Positions 1 through 8,445 of a stretch of 64,000 bases of DNA are shown here, piece by piece. Position numbers and translations under genes: made by a program. Under the pieces are notes generated by a model. It ran no database searches, had not been told where the DNA came from, and saw only the letters and a program-made list of their open reading frames with translations. Origin of the DNA: Patescibacteria group bacterium. GTDB taxonomy: Bacteria > Patescibacteriota > WWE3 > UBA101185 > UBA10185. How positions within the stretch are numbered: the first letter of the stretch is position 1; each line of letters starts with the position of its first letter. The DNA is taken from assembly GCA_049322215.1 (NCBI GenBank), contig JBMORU010000001.1, positions 260,023 through 324,022 on the forward strand, written 5' to 3'.

Positions 1-560
1 CCTTCGTAGCTGCCATTGGCGTTTTCGAGTAAGGGCCAGTTTCGATGACTGTGATAAGTATAAATAAACTGCCCCATACATGTTGCTCCAGATTTGTAGT
101 TTTTTATGGTTTCGCACACGCCGTTTTGATACCGCATGGCATTGAAACCACTTTCAACCAAAATCATTGAGCCTATCTTGTTCCAGGGGACATTTTGGTT
201 GTAGGCTTCATCCTTAAAGGCGTTGATCATTTCTAACCTTGAAGGACCACAACCGTCACCGTCAGCTAAAATGTAAGGCACTCCATTGTCAGTGAAAACG
301 TAGTTGTTGAAGTTTTCTTGCCCTACAATTTTAATAACTTCTTCTACCGAAACTGCAACAAATTCGATGTCGTTCACGGTTACCGTAATGGCACCTACTT
401 CTGTGCTTATGGTTGAAAAAGCATTGGCTGCCATTGGTATTGATGTTGGTGGTTGTTTGGTTGGTGTGATTGTTGCCTGTGGTGTTGGTTCTACCTTTGC
501 TGTTGCACTGCAGGCTACAAGCAAAAGCATAATCATTGTTAGCATCAAGCTTTTTTTCAT
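1..560 (-). CDS. Lipoprotein with lytic transglycosylase (SLT-like) domain; runs off the window edge
   Basis: Not in ORF track; translated by hand. ATG at 560 after AAAGGAG; MKKSLMLTMIMLLLVAC lipobox; P/T linker; MILVESGFN and GATCMGQF match SLT motifs I and II. Confidence 0.75.
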   Translation of the reverse strand, partial: MKKSLMLTMIMLLLVACSATAKVEPTPQATITPTKQPPTSIPMAANAFSTISTEVGAITVTVNDIEFVAVSVEEVIKIVGQENFNNYVFTDNGVPYILADGDGCGPSRLEMINAFKDEAYNQNVPWNKIGSMILVESGFNAMRYQNGVCETIKNYKSGATCMGQFIYTYHSHRNWPLLENANGSYE

Positions 561-571
561 GCTTGTCTCCT

Positions 572-1489
572 TTAGTATGTATACATATTAGCTGGGTTCA
601 CATGGTACATGTATCCATTTTCCGTGAGTATTACAACAGAGTTGTGTACATGCGTACCCGATCCATGCTGGTTATTGGTATACCTAGTTACTACTCCACC
701 GCTTGTATATCCTGTGTTTCCTTGGCGTCCAATTTGGGTTCCTGCTGTTATGCGATCTCCCGGTACTGGGTAAGGGTGCCCTGCATCTTCAAACATCATA
801 TGTCCCGAAATTGTCAGAATTATAACCTCTCCGGTACTAGATGCTGTTTGAGCTTCGGGTGGTAAGTTTGAAACAGCAATTTTGCTTGCGCAAACTACTG
901 TTCGTCCTGAAACATCAAATTCCCAGGTTAGTCCACCTTCTGCATTGCCGTCATAGCCTAAGTTGTCGAATGTTCTCCAAACGACGCACTCGGATTGGGC
1001 AATTATGGGAGCACCTTGACCCCCGTTACAGACGATATCGTAGCCTGAATGTCCTCCACTTGGGTTAAACCCTTGTGTAGGATCATAACCTCCTGTACAT
1101 GGTGATGTAATAGAAGTTACGACTGGCAAATCTAAATCTCTGATACTTGCACCAGCAACTACCATTGATCCAATATTAGGTACCGATCCCTCGCCAATTA
1201 CAGCGCCTTGCGGGTTTGTCCAATTATTGATATCTCCCACAAGAACTGTCATGTAAATGGGACTCACCTCAATGATGATGTCCTCACTTACTAACGAGCT
1301 ATCTACACGGCCGGTTTCGGTTCCGATCGTGGAGAAAGCAAGCTCGGCTGTGGGTTTTGGCGTTTCGGTTGGCACAGGAGTTGGTGACGGTACTGCTGTC
1401 GGACTGGTTGGTTGCTCATTAGATGGAATACATCCAACCAGAAGCAACACTACCAGAAGGTATTTGATTACCTTTGTTGTTGCTTTCAT
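572..1489 (-). CDS. Lipoprotein, M23 family metallopeptidase
   Basis: LLLVGC lipobox, PTP linker, HSGYD (HxxxD), GHM, GDRITAGTQIGRQGNTG, HVH (HxH), terminal VNP; TAAGGAG SD. Confidence 0.85.
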   Translation of the reverse strand: MKATTKVIKYLLVVLLLVGCIPSNEQPTSPTAVPSPTPVPTETPKPTAELAFSTIGTETGRVDSSLVSEDIIIEVSPIYMTVLVGDINNWTNPQGAVIGEGSVPNIGSMVVAGASIRDLDLPVVTSITSPCTGGYDPTQGFNPSGGHSGYDIVCNGGQGAPIIAQSECVVWRTFDNLGYDGNAEGGLTWEFDVSGRTVVCASKIAVSNLPPEAQTASSTGEVIILTISGHMMFEDAGHPYPVPGDRITAGTQIGRQGNTGYTSGGVVTRYTNNQHGSGTHVHNSVVILTENGYMYHVNPANMYTY

Positions 1490-1552
1490 AGAACTACTCT
1501 CCTTATTTGGTTTTCAAACTGCTCGATAATTATTTCTTAACGAAGAATTGAA

Positions 1553-1657
1553 TCTCCCTTCGTTTCTGGGTTTAAATAAAATTCCTGTTTAAACTCAGAA
1601 GTAAGGGGACGAAACAGAATTAGAGTTTTTATTTAAAACTTCCAACTCTGTTTCGTC
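1553..1657. other. Tandem double-hairpin intergenic element (copy 1)
   Basis: TTCTGGGTTTAAA/TTTAAACTCAGAA stem abutting a GACGAAACAGA/TCTGTTTCGTC stem. Confidence 0.7.
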
Positions 1658-1678
1658 GTATTCTTTTACCTGTTTCCG

Positions 1679-2998
1679 TTAGTTTTCGAACGGGTCTAGG
1701 TCGAAGAATCCCAAAACTTTACGAGATACATCAGCTATAGTTGTTGCGTTGTCGTTGTTATCAAGGAATAGCTGAGACAAGGGTGGCTTATTAATTTCAT
1801 AGACTAGAAGAAACGTATAGTTTTTCACTTTACCATTACGTGTTTCACGTATTGTGGTGAGCACAAACGGCGTTTCATACGTTTTTCCAAAAGCAGTTAC
1901 GGTTGCAAAGTGTTCTGATACCAGCTCGTAGTTTGCGTTGGTGTGTTCCCCATGTAGCCACGTCCAAATATCTTTTGCCATAATTACATATGAGGCGGGA
2001 GATATTTGGAAGCTCAGTACTTCTTGATCTCCAAGCATTGGGGGTACTACTAAGGAATCGTTGCTTGTTACTTCCTGTGGCGCCGTGTTAGCAAAATCCG
2101 TTCCTGCAATTGATTCAGCTGGTTGCGGATTAAGCTGTGGTTCTGGTAAGGGTTCTGGCTCAGGCTCGGGAGCGTTGTTTTGTTGAGGTTGTTCGCTGGG
2201 CTGATTGTTGTTTTCTGGCGCAGGCTGTTCTTCTGGGCCTAAAACTTGTTCTCGCAGGTTTTCCATTTCTGGGCCAACTGCGTTTACAAGTTGGTTGTAG
2301 AGATCTGTGTTGTCTTTGAGGTTTGGGTCTACAACCACACCATAGAATAAATCCGTAGCGTTTCCCCCTAACGAAGCTGTTGCATGCATTGCATTGATTA
2401 GCCAGGTGAAGTCCATTTCTTGCACGGGTGTTGTTTTGATTGTTACCTCCCACCCATACAAGTAACTGTCTACAGTTTGCTGTGCACTGAAGTTACCTCC
2501 TGCTGCAGCTTGCTGTAGCTTACCTCCATATAAGTAAGTTTCTTCCTGGTTGCCACTTTGCCACGCCACGTTAAAGTTATTTGCCCAGCCTGTTACGGTT
2601 TCTTGTGTTTGTTTGGGGGTAAGCCCATCAAACATAGAAATCATTCGATGCTGTTCAATTACTTCGGTGGCGAGGATTGGGATATCCTGAACGGTTACTG
2701 TGACTCTACCTTGATTACTCGTGGTAGAGAAAGAGTTTGCCGCTGCGGTCATTTCGCTTGCAGGTTGATCCTTGGCATTTGGCAATTCTGCTGCGGGCAC
2801 CATTTCGTTTGTTGTAGTTTCTTCCGGGTTAGCGCTACTGTTAAAAAAGTGGAATGGGTCAGTTACGATCAGAACAATTACCACTACACCAATTAGCACC
2901 CCAGAGGAGATCACTTGCTGTACTTGTTCACGTGTCCGTTGCAGAGTTGTTTTTGTTGTCTGCTGTTGTCTTGCTTGAGTATCTGTTTGCTTACTCAT
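1679..2998 (-). CDS. Membrane-anchored extracellular protein of unknown function
   Basis: 439 aa; single N-terminal TM; P/Q/E-rich linker; AAGGAG SD. Confidence 0.8.
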   Translation of the reverse strand: MSKQTDTQARQQQTTKTTLQRTREQVQQVISSGVLIGVVVIVLIVTDPFHFFNSSANPEETTTNEMVPAAELPNAKDQPASEMTAAANSFSTTSNQGRVTVTVQDIPILATEVIEQHRMISMFDGLTPKQTQETVTGWANNFNVAWQSGNQEETYLYGGKLQQAAAGGNFSAQQTVDSYLYGWEVTIKTTPVQEMDFTWLINAMHATASLGGNATDLFYGVVVDPNLKDNTDLYNQLVNAVGPEMENLREQVLGPEEQPAPENNNQPSEQPQQNNAPEPEPEPLPEPQLNPQPAESIAGTDFANTAPQEVTSNDSLVVPPMLGDQEVLSFQISPASYVIMAKDIWTWLHGEHTNANYELVSEHFATVTAFGKTYETPFVLTTIRETRNGKVKNYTFLLVYEINKPPLSQLFLDNNDNATTIADVSRKVLGFFDLDPFEN

Positions 2999-3012
2999 TT
3001 CTACTCCTTTTG

Positions 3013-5364
3013 CTACTTAGGATCGGCTGTTGTGCACGTTGCCAAATCCAAATAGCAGTCAAATGATACGCTAAAGTGCTGCGCTTCTTGGATGTTGGCT
3101 GGTACGCTGTCTGATAAGAACCAACCGTTACCTTCACCTGCATGGTAGTCAATACGATATTTTCCTGAAGAGTCCTTGCAGGCGTACCAGGTACCGTAGT
3201 TTAAGCCGCCGTCTGTTAGGTCTACAATTGCTAGCATATGCCAACCTGTTCTTTTGTAATCATACGAGGCCAAGTTTGTATCGCAGTTTGGGTCGGCGTT
3301 AGCAATTACTTCGGGGTATAGCTGATCTCCCATAACACCATTACTATCTGCATAGATAATTCCACGCGGATTTCTGTTGTTATCAAGATCCAACCAATAG
3401 TAGTTACGGGGGGCTATGTTGGACGGAATTGTTGAAACCAAATACCATCCAATTCCTAGCCTAGAAACCGGAATCCAGCCTTTGCATGTCCATTCTGAGG
3501 CGCCTACGTAAATTCTTACGGGGCCAAACGTAGGCATGCCTTTGTCTAATCCTGTTTCAGCAACAATGATATCCGGCCAGAATCTTTCAAACTCAAGTTG
3601 TGTGGTATTCTGGTCAATCATCCCCATGTATGGAAGCTCAGGGAATGGGATGTTTACACAGGGATCAGGTGTGGGGCTTGGTGTAAACGTTGGTGCTGGT
3701 GTTTCTGTTGGGGCCGGTGTTAACGTAGCTGTTGCAGTAGGTAATACCACTTGTGCAGGATCAAAGTGCTGTGTTTGCGGTTGTGGTGTTGCTGTTTGCT
3801 GAATCTCCACAGTAATCGGTTGTGCTGCAGCTTTTAAGGTGTTTACATAACCGGAAAATCCATTAATACGTACAGGACTTCCTAACGCTGCCAAATTGCC
3901 ATTTACGGCGTTGACCGCGTTGTTGAATCTTCCTTCGTACTTTTGAGCTTCGGTCCAGTTAGGTCCTTCGGGTGTAGCATCTAGGCGCAGGTTTTGATAA
4001 ACACGCACCAGATTAAAATACAGCCCGTCTTTTTCGCCGTCTGTTAGTTCATTACCCTCGATAAGGCGTTTAGCCGTTTCGAGCATTAAATCTGCCTGTG
4101 CCGCTTCGATGATGGGTTGAGTACCTTCCGGCGGGTAAGCCATAGATTGCACTCTGGTAAGGAATCCCTCAGGAACGTAGTTTCCATTGGCGTCCACGTG
4201 TCCCGCTTGTAACCAGTCTAAAGCAATGTTGTACGATTCTTCTACACCTGTGGATTCTTCACTTCCGATCAGTAATGCCGAGAAGTCAACTTTTGCAGCA
4301 CCGGTGCCATTGTTTGCATTGGCGCGCGCTTGGTTGGCTTGGTTACCTAACTCTACTGCCGGCAAAATAAACTGGTTGATCACCTGGTTTATTTCTTCAA
4401 CGCCTTGAGCGGTGATTGCCGGGTTGAATTCAGGTAAAGCTGGTGCATCAACAACGGTGTTATTATATGCATCGACTTGGCCTTGATCAGGATGTGGTGT
4501 CGGTGTGCTGTTGGTATTAAGATCTACCATAGCTGCCTGAGTGTTTCCACCTTTAGCGACTAAGGTTTCAAGCAAACCACCGAAGTTACCGTTTTTAAGT
4601 CCGGAAATTAAGATCATGGAAGCTACAGCTGTGACGATAATCAGCGGATAAGCAACTTTACGGATGATGGCCGGTTTTCCCTCGCTTTGAACGTGGACGT
4701 AACCTGCAATCACAATCGCGATCAAAATTGGTAACCACTGCGTAAGTTGCGTTGCCAGGGCTGCTACGACGAAAAAACAAACCAGGCCAAGCGCTATGTA
4801 ATTACCATGTTGTTTAAACAAGGCAACCCATTTTTGCACTTGATAGGCTTCCTCTGAAACGGCTTTTGGTGCTTGAATGCTAGGTACTTTAGAAAAGAAT
4901 CCTGCGGCACCGCTTTCACCATCCTGCTTTTGTGCTTTTTCCGTAGGTTTTGCTTTGGTTTTAGGCTGAGCATGGCTACCCGAAAGCGTGAATACCGTTG
5001 TTGGTTTCCACATCTTTTTGGTATAAACCATATAGCCAGAGACTGCCGTAGTTGTGATCCAGGAAAACACCCCTTTCCACCACATGAAATTATGCATTTC
5101 TTGGGTGTACCAGTATGGGCCTGTGTTCATAACCCAGACATAAAACGCTCCAAATAGAAGCGTGACTAATAAAGTGATCAAAAAAACTTTGTTTTTCTTT
5201 GACTCTGTACTTGTTTTTTTGACCCAGCCTTTCTCCACAAGAATGCTTAATGCAAGTGGAGAAAGCTCTTTAAGACTTTTTTGCTGGTCAGAATGTTCCA
5301 TTTTAGACCATTCTTGCAACAACTTTCTGTCTTTTGAACTCAACGTTTTAGTTGCACTAGTCAT
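3013..5364 (-). CDS. Multi-TM-anchored large surface protein, paralog A
   Basis: 783 aa; ~5 TM in the N-terminal third, helical mid-domain, PTATATLTPAPTETP linker, Cys/Trp-containing C-domain; TAAGGAG SD. Confidence 0.8.
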   Translation of the reverse strand: MTSATKTLSSKDRKLLQEWSKMEHSDQQKSLKELSPLALSILVEKGWVKKTSTESKKNKVFLITLLVTLLFGAFYVWVMNTGPYWYTQEMHNFMWWKGVFSWITTTAVSGYMVYTKKMWKPTTVFTLSGSHAQPKTKAKPTEKAQKQDGESGAAGFFSKVPSIQAPKAVSEEAYQVQKWVALFKQHGNYIALGLVCFFVVAALATQLTQWLPILIAIVIAGYVHVQSEGKPAIIRKVAYPLIIVTAVASMILISGLKNGNFGGLLETLVAKGGNTQAAMVDLNTNSTPTPHPDQGQVDAYNNTVVDAPALPEFNPAITAQGVEEINQVINQFILPAVELGNQANQARANANNGTGAAKVDFSALLIGSEESTGVEESYNIALDWLQAGHVDANGNYVPEGFLTRVQSMAYPPEGTQPIIEAAQADLMLETAKRLIEGNELTDGEKDGLYFNLVRVYQNLRLDATPEGPNWTEAQKYEGRFNNAVNAVNGNLAALGSPVRINGFSGYVNTLKAAAQPITVEIQQTATPQPQTQHFDPAQVVLPTATATLTPAPTETPAPTFTPSPTPDPCVNIPFPELPYMGMIDQNTTQLEFERFWPDIIVAETGLDKGMPTFGPVRIYVGASEWTCKGWIPVSRLGIGWYLVSTIPSNIAPRNYYWLDLDNNRNPRGIIYADSNGVMGDQLYPEVIANADPNCDTNLASYDYKRTGWHMLAIVDLTDGGLNYGTWYACKDSSGKYRIDYHAGEGNGWFLSDSVPANIQEAQHFSVSFDCYLDLATCTTADPK
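4577..4963. repeat. 387-bp direct repeat, copy 1 (partner 7009-7395)
   Basis: Manual alignment, offset 2432, three synonymous mismatches seen. Confidence 0.95.
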
Positions 5365-5426
5365 TTACATCTCCTTATAGATTTCACTAGTTTGGGATTC
5401 TTCATTTGTCAAAAATGCTATTATTA

Positions 5427-5523
5427 CTCTCAATTTAAGTCAGCAAACTTTGTTAAGCTTGTTGGCTTAAGGGAGAGCCTGAACTTTATGCATGTATTTA
5501 TTTTTAAATGCATAAAGCTCAGG
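5427..5523. repeat. Tandem double-hairpin intergenic element (copy 2)
   Basis: CTCTC..TTAAGTCAGCAA/TTGTTGGCTTAA..GAGAG (5427-5477) then CCTGAACTTTATGCAT/ATGCATAAAGCTCAGG (5478-5523). Confidence 0.85.
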
Positions 5524-5552
5524 TCATAGTTACAACTGGTTATTTGTTATGT

Positions 5553-7796
5553 CTAGGGTGCGTTCACTGGCTGGAAGGTAAAGGCGTCATACTCAATGCC
5601 ATCTTTCCAGTAGGTGAAGGTTTCCTCTGCATTGGGCTTCAATACAAATTGACCTACCCCAGGAGCAGCGTCGACAGCCATAACACCATCCCAACCCGGA
5701 TACGAAACCCAATAGTGTCCGCAGTAAGTACTGGTATACGTTACCGTAATCACTACATCACTTGTATACTCATGAGCTCGTATCAGTGCGAATCCAAATC
5801 CAGGCCAGGCTTCTATTTGATGTCCAAGCACTACAGTAGTTGTGTCTCCAACTGCGATGTGTCCGGGTTCAGGTCCATTTGGGCCTTGAACAATAAGAAC
5901 GCTACCTACACCATTTACATTACTTCTCACGTTGTAATGCGGGGGCTGAGGGGGCTCTAGCAGATCACACCAGATTACTTCGTTTCCACTTGGATTTGGA
6001 GCTGCCACTGTGGGATTCACAGGGAATACTTGCTGCGGCTCTAAAGTTGGCACAAGTGTAGGCCATGGCGTCATTGTAGGAGCTGTCGTTGGAACCACCA
6101 CGGGCACATCTGTTGGCCAAGGCGTGTTGCTAGGTACTGGCGTTTGCGTCGCCGTAGGCTGTACCACGTTTTCTGGGTTGAACTGCTGCGTAGGCATTGG
6201 TGTTGCCGTTTGCTGCACTTCCACAGTAAGTGGTTGTGCTGCCGACTCCAGTTTACCTGCAAAGTTATCCAGCAAGGGTAGTCGTGCTTGGGAGCCAAGT
6301 CCGGCGAGTTCACTGTTAACAATGTTTGCTGCAGCGTTGTACCTATTCTCATATAGCTTTGCCGCTTCCCAATCTTGGTGGTTTAATTCCAGAGACTGAA
6401 GCATCAACACCAAGTTCAGGTAAGCACCATTCAACTCGTAGGAGCTTGATGCGTAGTGAGTCCCTTGCAAAAGGCGCGCTGCTTCTTGCGAAAGCGTTGT
6501 ACCTTCAATAGGTTCTCCAATGATTAGCCGTTTTGCTAAGTTCTCTAAGCGGGCTTTATCTTCTACGCTGATGATCGGTACTGAGCCGTCAGTTGGTTCT
6601 GCCATACTTGCGAGGCGCTCAATGTACCCACGTGATACATAAGTGTTGTCTGCATTCACGTGTCCTGACATCAACCAGTCTGCAGCAACGTTGAAGCTTT
6701 CTAATACACCTGTGCTTCCCGCTTCACCGTTGAGTAACGGTCCAAAGTCGATTTGTGCTGCTCCAGTGCCGTTGTTAGCACTTGACCGGTAGGTATCCGC
6801 TTCCAAGGCTAAGGTAACGGCAGGGATAACGAACTGATTCGCTACCTGACCAATTTCCTCGGCTCCCTGGGAGGTGATTGCCGGATTGAACTCTGGCAGC
6901 ACGGGCGCATCAACTACTCCTTGGTTGTAGGCATCAATAGCACTGGTGTCTACGCTTGCTTCTACCACTTCTGTTTCTGTAACGTTGTTGGCGCTAAAGT
7001 TGAATAAGCCACCGAAGTTACCGTTTTTAAGTCCGGAAATTAAGATCATGGAAGCTACAGCTGTGACGATAATCAGCGGATAAGCAACTTTACGGATGAT
7101 GGCCGGTTTTCCCTCGCTTTGAACGTGGACGTAACCTGCAATCACAATCGCGATCAAAATTGGTAACCACTGCGTAAGTTGCGTTGCCAGGGCTGCTACG
7201 ACGAAAAAACAAACCAGGCCAAGCGCTATGTAATTACCATGTTGTTTAAACAAGGCAACCCATTTTTGCACTTGATAGGCTTCCTCTGAAACGGCTTTTG
7301 GTGCTTGAATGCTAGGTACTTTAGAAAAGAATCCGGCAGCACCGCTTTCACCATCCTGCTTTTGTGCTTTTTCCGTGGGTTTTGCTTTGGTTTTATGTCG
7401 TATTTGCTCTTCTGGAAGTGCATAGGTTGCTTCAGGCTTCCACATTTGTCGTTTGATAGCTAAGGTGCTAGAACAGGACAGCATAACCAGCCAGGTCAAA
7501 ATACCTTTCCACCAAACGAATCCGTGCATTTCCTGTGTATACCAGGATGGGCCGGTTGTCATAACCCAGGCATAAAACATTCCTAGCAGAAGTGTTCCAG
7601 CCAAAAAAGCAAGCGTTACCCTTTGTAGCAACGACCATTCTTTGGTGACGGAAAGTTCTTTCTTTTCCACCAGCAAATCAAGCGCTGCCTGCGAAAGGTC
7701 TCGCTCTGTCAGTTGTAACTTTTCAACGTTCGTTAAGCCTCGCCAACCCCGAAGGTGTTTGCGATCGGCTTCACTTAAGGTTGTTTTCTTACTCAT
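5553..7796 (-). CDS. Multi-TM-anchored large surface protein, paralog B
   Basis: 747 aa; colinear with 3013-5364 up to the P/T linker, then an unrelated C-domain; TAAGGAG SD. Confidence 0.8.
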   Translation of the reverse strand: MSKKTTLSEADRKHLRGWRGLTNVEKLQLTERDLSQAALDLLVEKKELSVTKEWSLLQRVTLAFLAGTLLLGMFYAWVMTTGPSWYTQEMHGFVWWKGILTWLVMLSCSSTLAIKRQMWKPEATYALPEEQIRHKTKAKPTEKAQKQDGESGAAGFFSKVPSIQAPKAVSEEAYQVQKWVALFKQHGNYIALGLVCFFVVAALATQLTQWLPILIAIVIAGYVHVQSEGKPAIIRKVAYPLIIVTAVASMILISGLKNGNFGGLFNFSANNVTETEVVEASVDTSAIDAYNQGVVDAPVLPEFNPAITSQGAEEIGQVANQFVIPAVTLALEADTYRSSANNGTGAAQIDFGPLLNGEAGSTGVLESFNVAADWLMSGHVNADNTYVSRGYIERLASMAEPTDGSVPIISVEDKARLENLAKRLIIGEPIEGTTLSQEAARLLQGTHYASSSYELNGAYLNLVLMLQSLELNHQDWEAAKLYENRYNAAANIVNSELAGLGSQARLPLLDNFAGKLESAAQPLTVEVQQTATPMPTQQFNPENVVQPTATQTPVPSNTPWPTDVPVVVPTTAPTMTPWPTLVPTLEPQQVFPVNPTVAAPNPSGNEVIWCDLLEPPQPPHYNVRSNVNGVGSVLIVQGPNGPEPGHIAVGDTTTVVLGHQIEAWPGFGFALIRAHEYTSDVVITVTYTSTYCGHYWVSYPGWDGVMAVDAAPGVGQFVLKPNAEETFTYWKDGIEYDAFTFQPVNAP
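7009..7395. repeat. 387-bp direct repeat, copy 2 (partner 4577-4963)
   Basis: Manual alignment. Confidence 0.95.
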
Positions 7797-7858
7797 AAGT
7801 TGTTTTACTCCTTATTTTGGTATGTTTACTTATTATGAGTCGTTTAATTCATTTAGTT

Positions 7859-7971
7859 CTCTCAGTTTAAGTCAGCAAACTTTATTTAAGCTTGTTGGCT
7901 TAAGGGAGAGTCCGAATTGCAACAGTATGTTTTTTGAAAAAACTTACTGCCACAATTCGGATGTCATTATT
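7859..7971. repeat. Tandem double-hairpin intergenic element (copy 3)
   Basis: 7859-7910 nearly identical to 5427-5477, then a TCCGAATTG/CAATTCGGA stem of different sequence. Confidence 0.85.
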
Positions 7972-7983
7972 TAGGTTACTTTG

Positions 7984-8445
7984 TTAGCCACTGAGACGCA
8001 CATATGTGAACAAACCAAAAACTACGATCACAATTTGCGTAACGTAGAAGACGGTCGCCCATAAAGGTTGTAAACGTCCTTCTTCTGTTCTCATAAATGC
8101 TTTGGAACCAAACAGGACGATCATTAGGAGAACGGCTGTGCTTCCCCAATACAGTGGTTCAAAGGCCAGTGAATTGAATAGCCATGTTCCCGGTTTTGGT
8201 TGAGGAATGATCCATGTCCATATGCCTAGCCAAATGTAGGTAGTGCCTTCTTTGGTTATTGCATAGTGTCCCAGACGCACCACGATCATAGCAAGCCAAT
8301 AGACGGTGAATAAAAGTTCTGGGAACTTGTAAAACACCGGATAGGTGATTCGATCATATGTGTCTTGTTTCAGTACTTTTAGCACGTTTGTTTGGCGTCG
8401 TTGCTGTGGCTGGTTTCGATTACGTTGTTGTGTATTATTCGTCAT
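7984..8445 (-). CDS. Small multi-pass membrane protein
   Basis: Start moved to ATG 8445 (GGAGGTG SD, coupled to the upstream stop); 3-4 hydrophobic segments. Confidence 0.75.
   Translation of the reverse strand: MTNNTQQRNRNQPQQRRQTNVLKVLKQDTYDRITYPVFYKFPELLFTVYWLAMIVVRLGHYAITKEGTTYIWLGIWTWIIPQPKPGTWLFNSLAFEPLYWGSTAVLLMIVLFGSKAFMRTEEGRLQPLWATVFYVTQIVIVVFGLFTYVRLSG

Noticed and set aside
4577-7395. 387-bp repeat as a diversity-generating retroelement TR/VR pair
   Set aside because: The three differences are synonymous and not adenine-specific, both copies are internal coding sequence, and no reverse transcriptase is present
5427-7910. Conserved hairpins as integron attC sites
   Set aside because: No terminal RYYYAAC/GTTRRRY boxes in both copies, and no integrase in the window
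1553-7971. Repeats as a CRISPR array
   Set aside because: Separated by kilobases of coding sequence; no spacer periodicity; no cas genes
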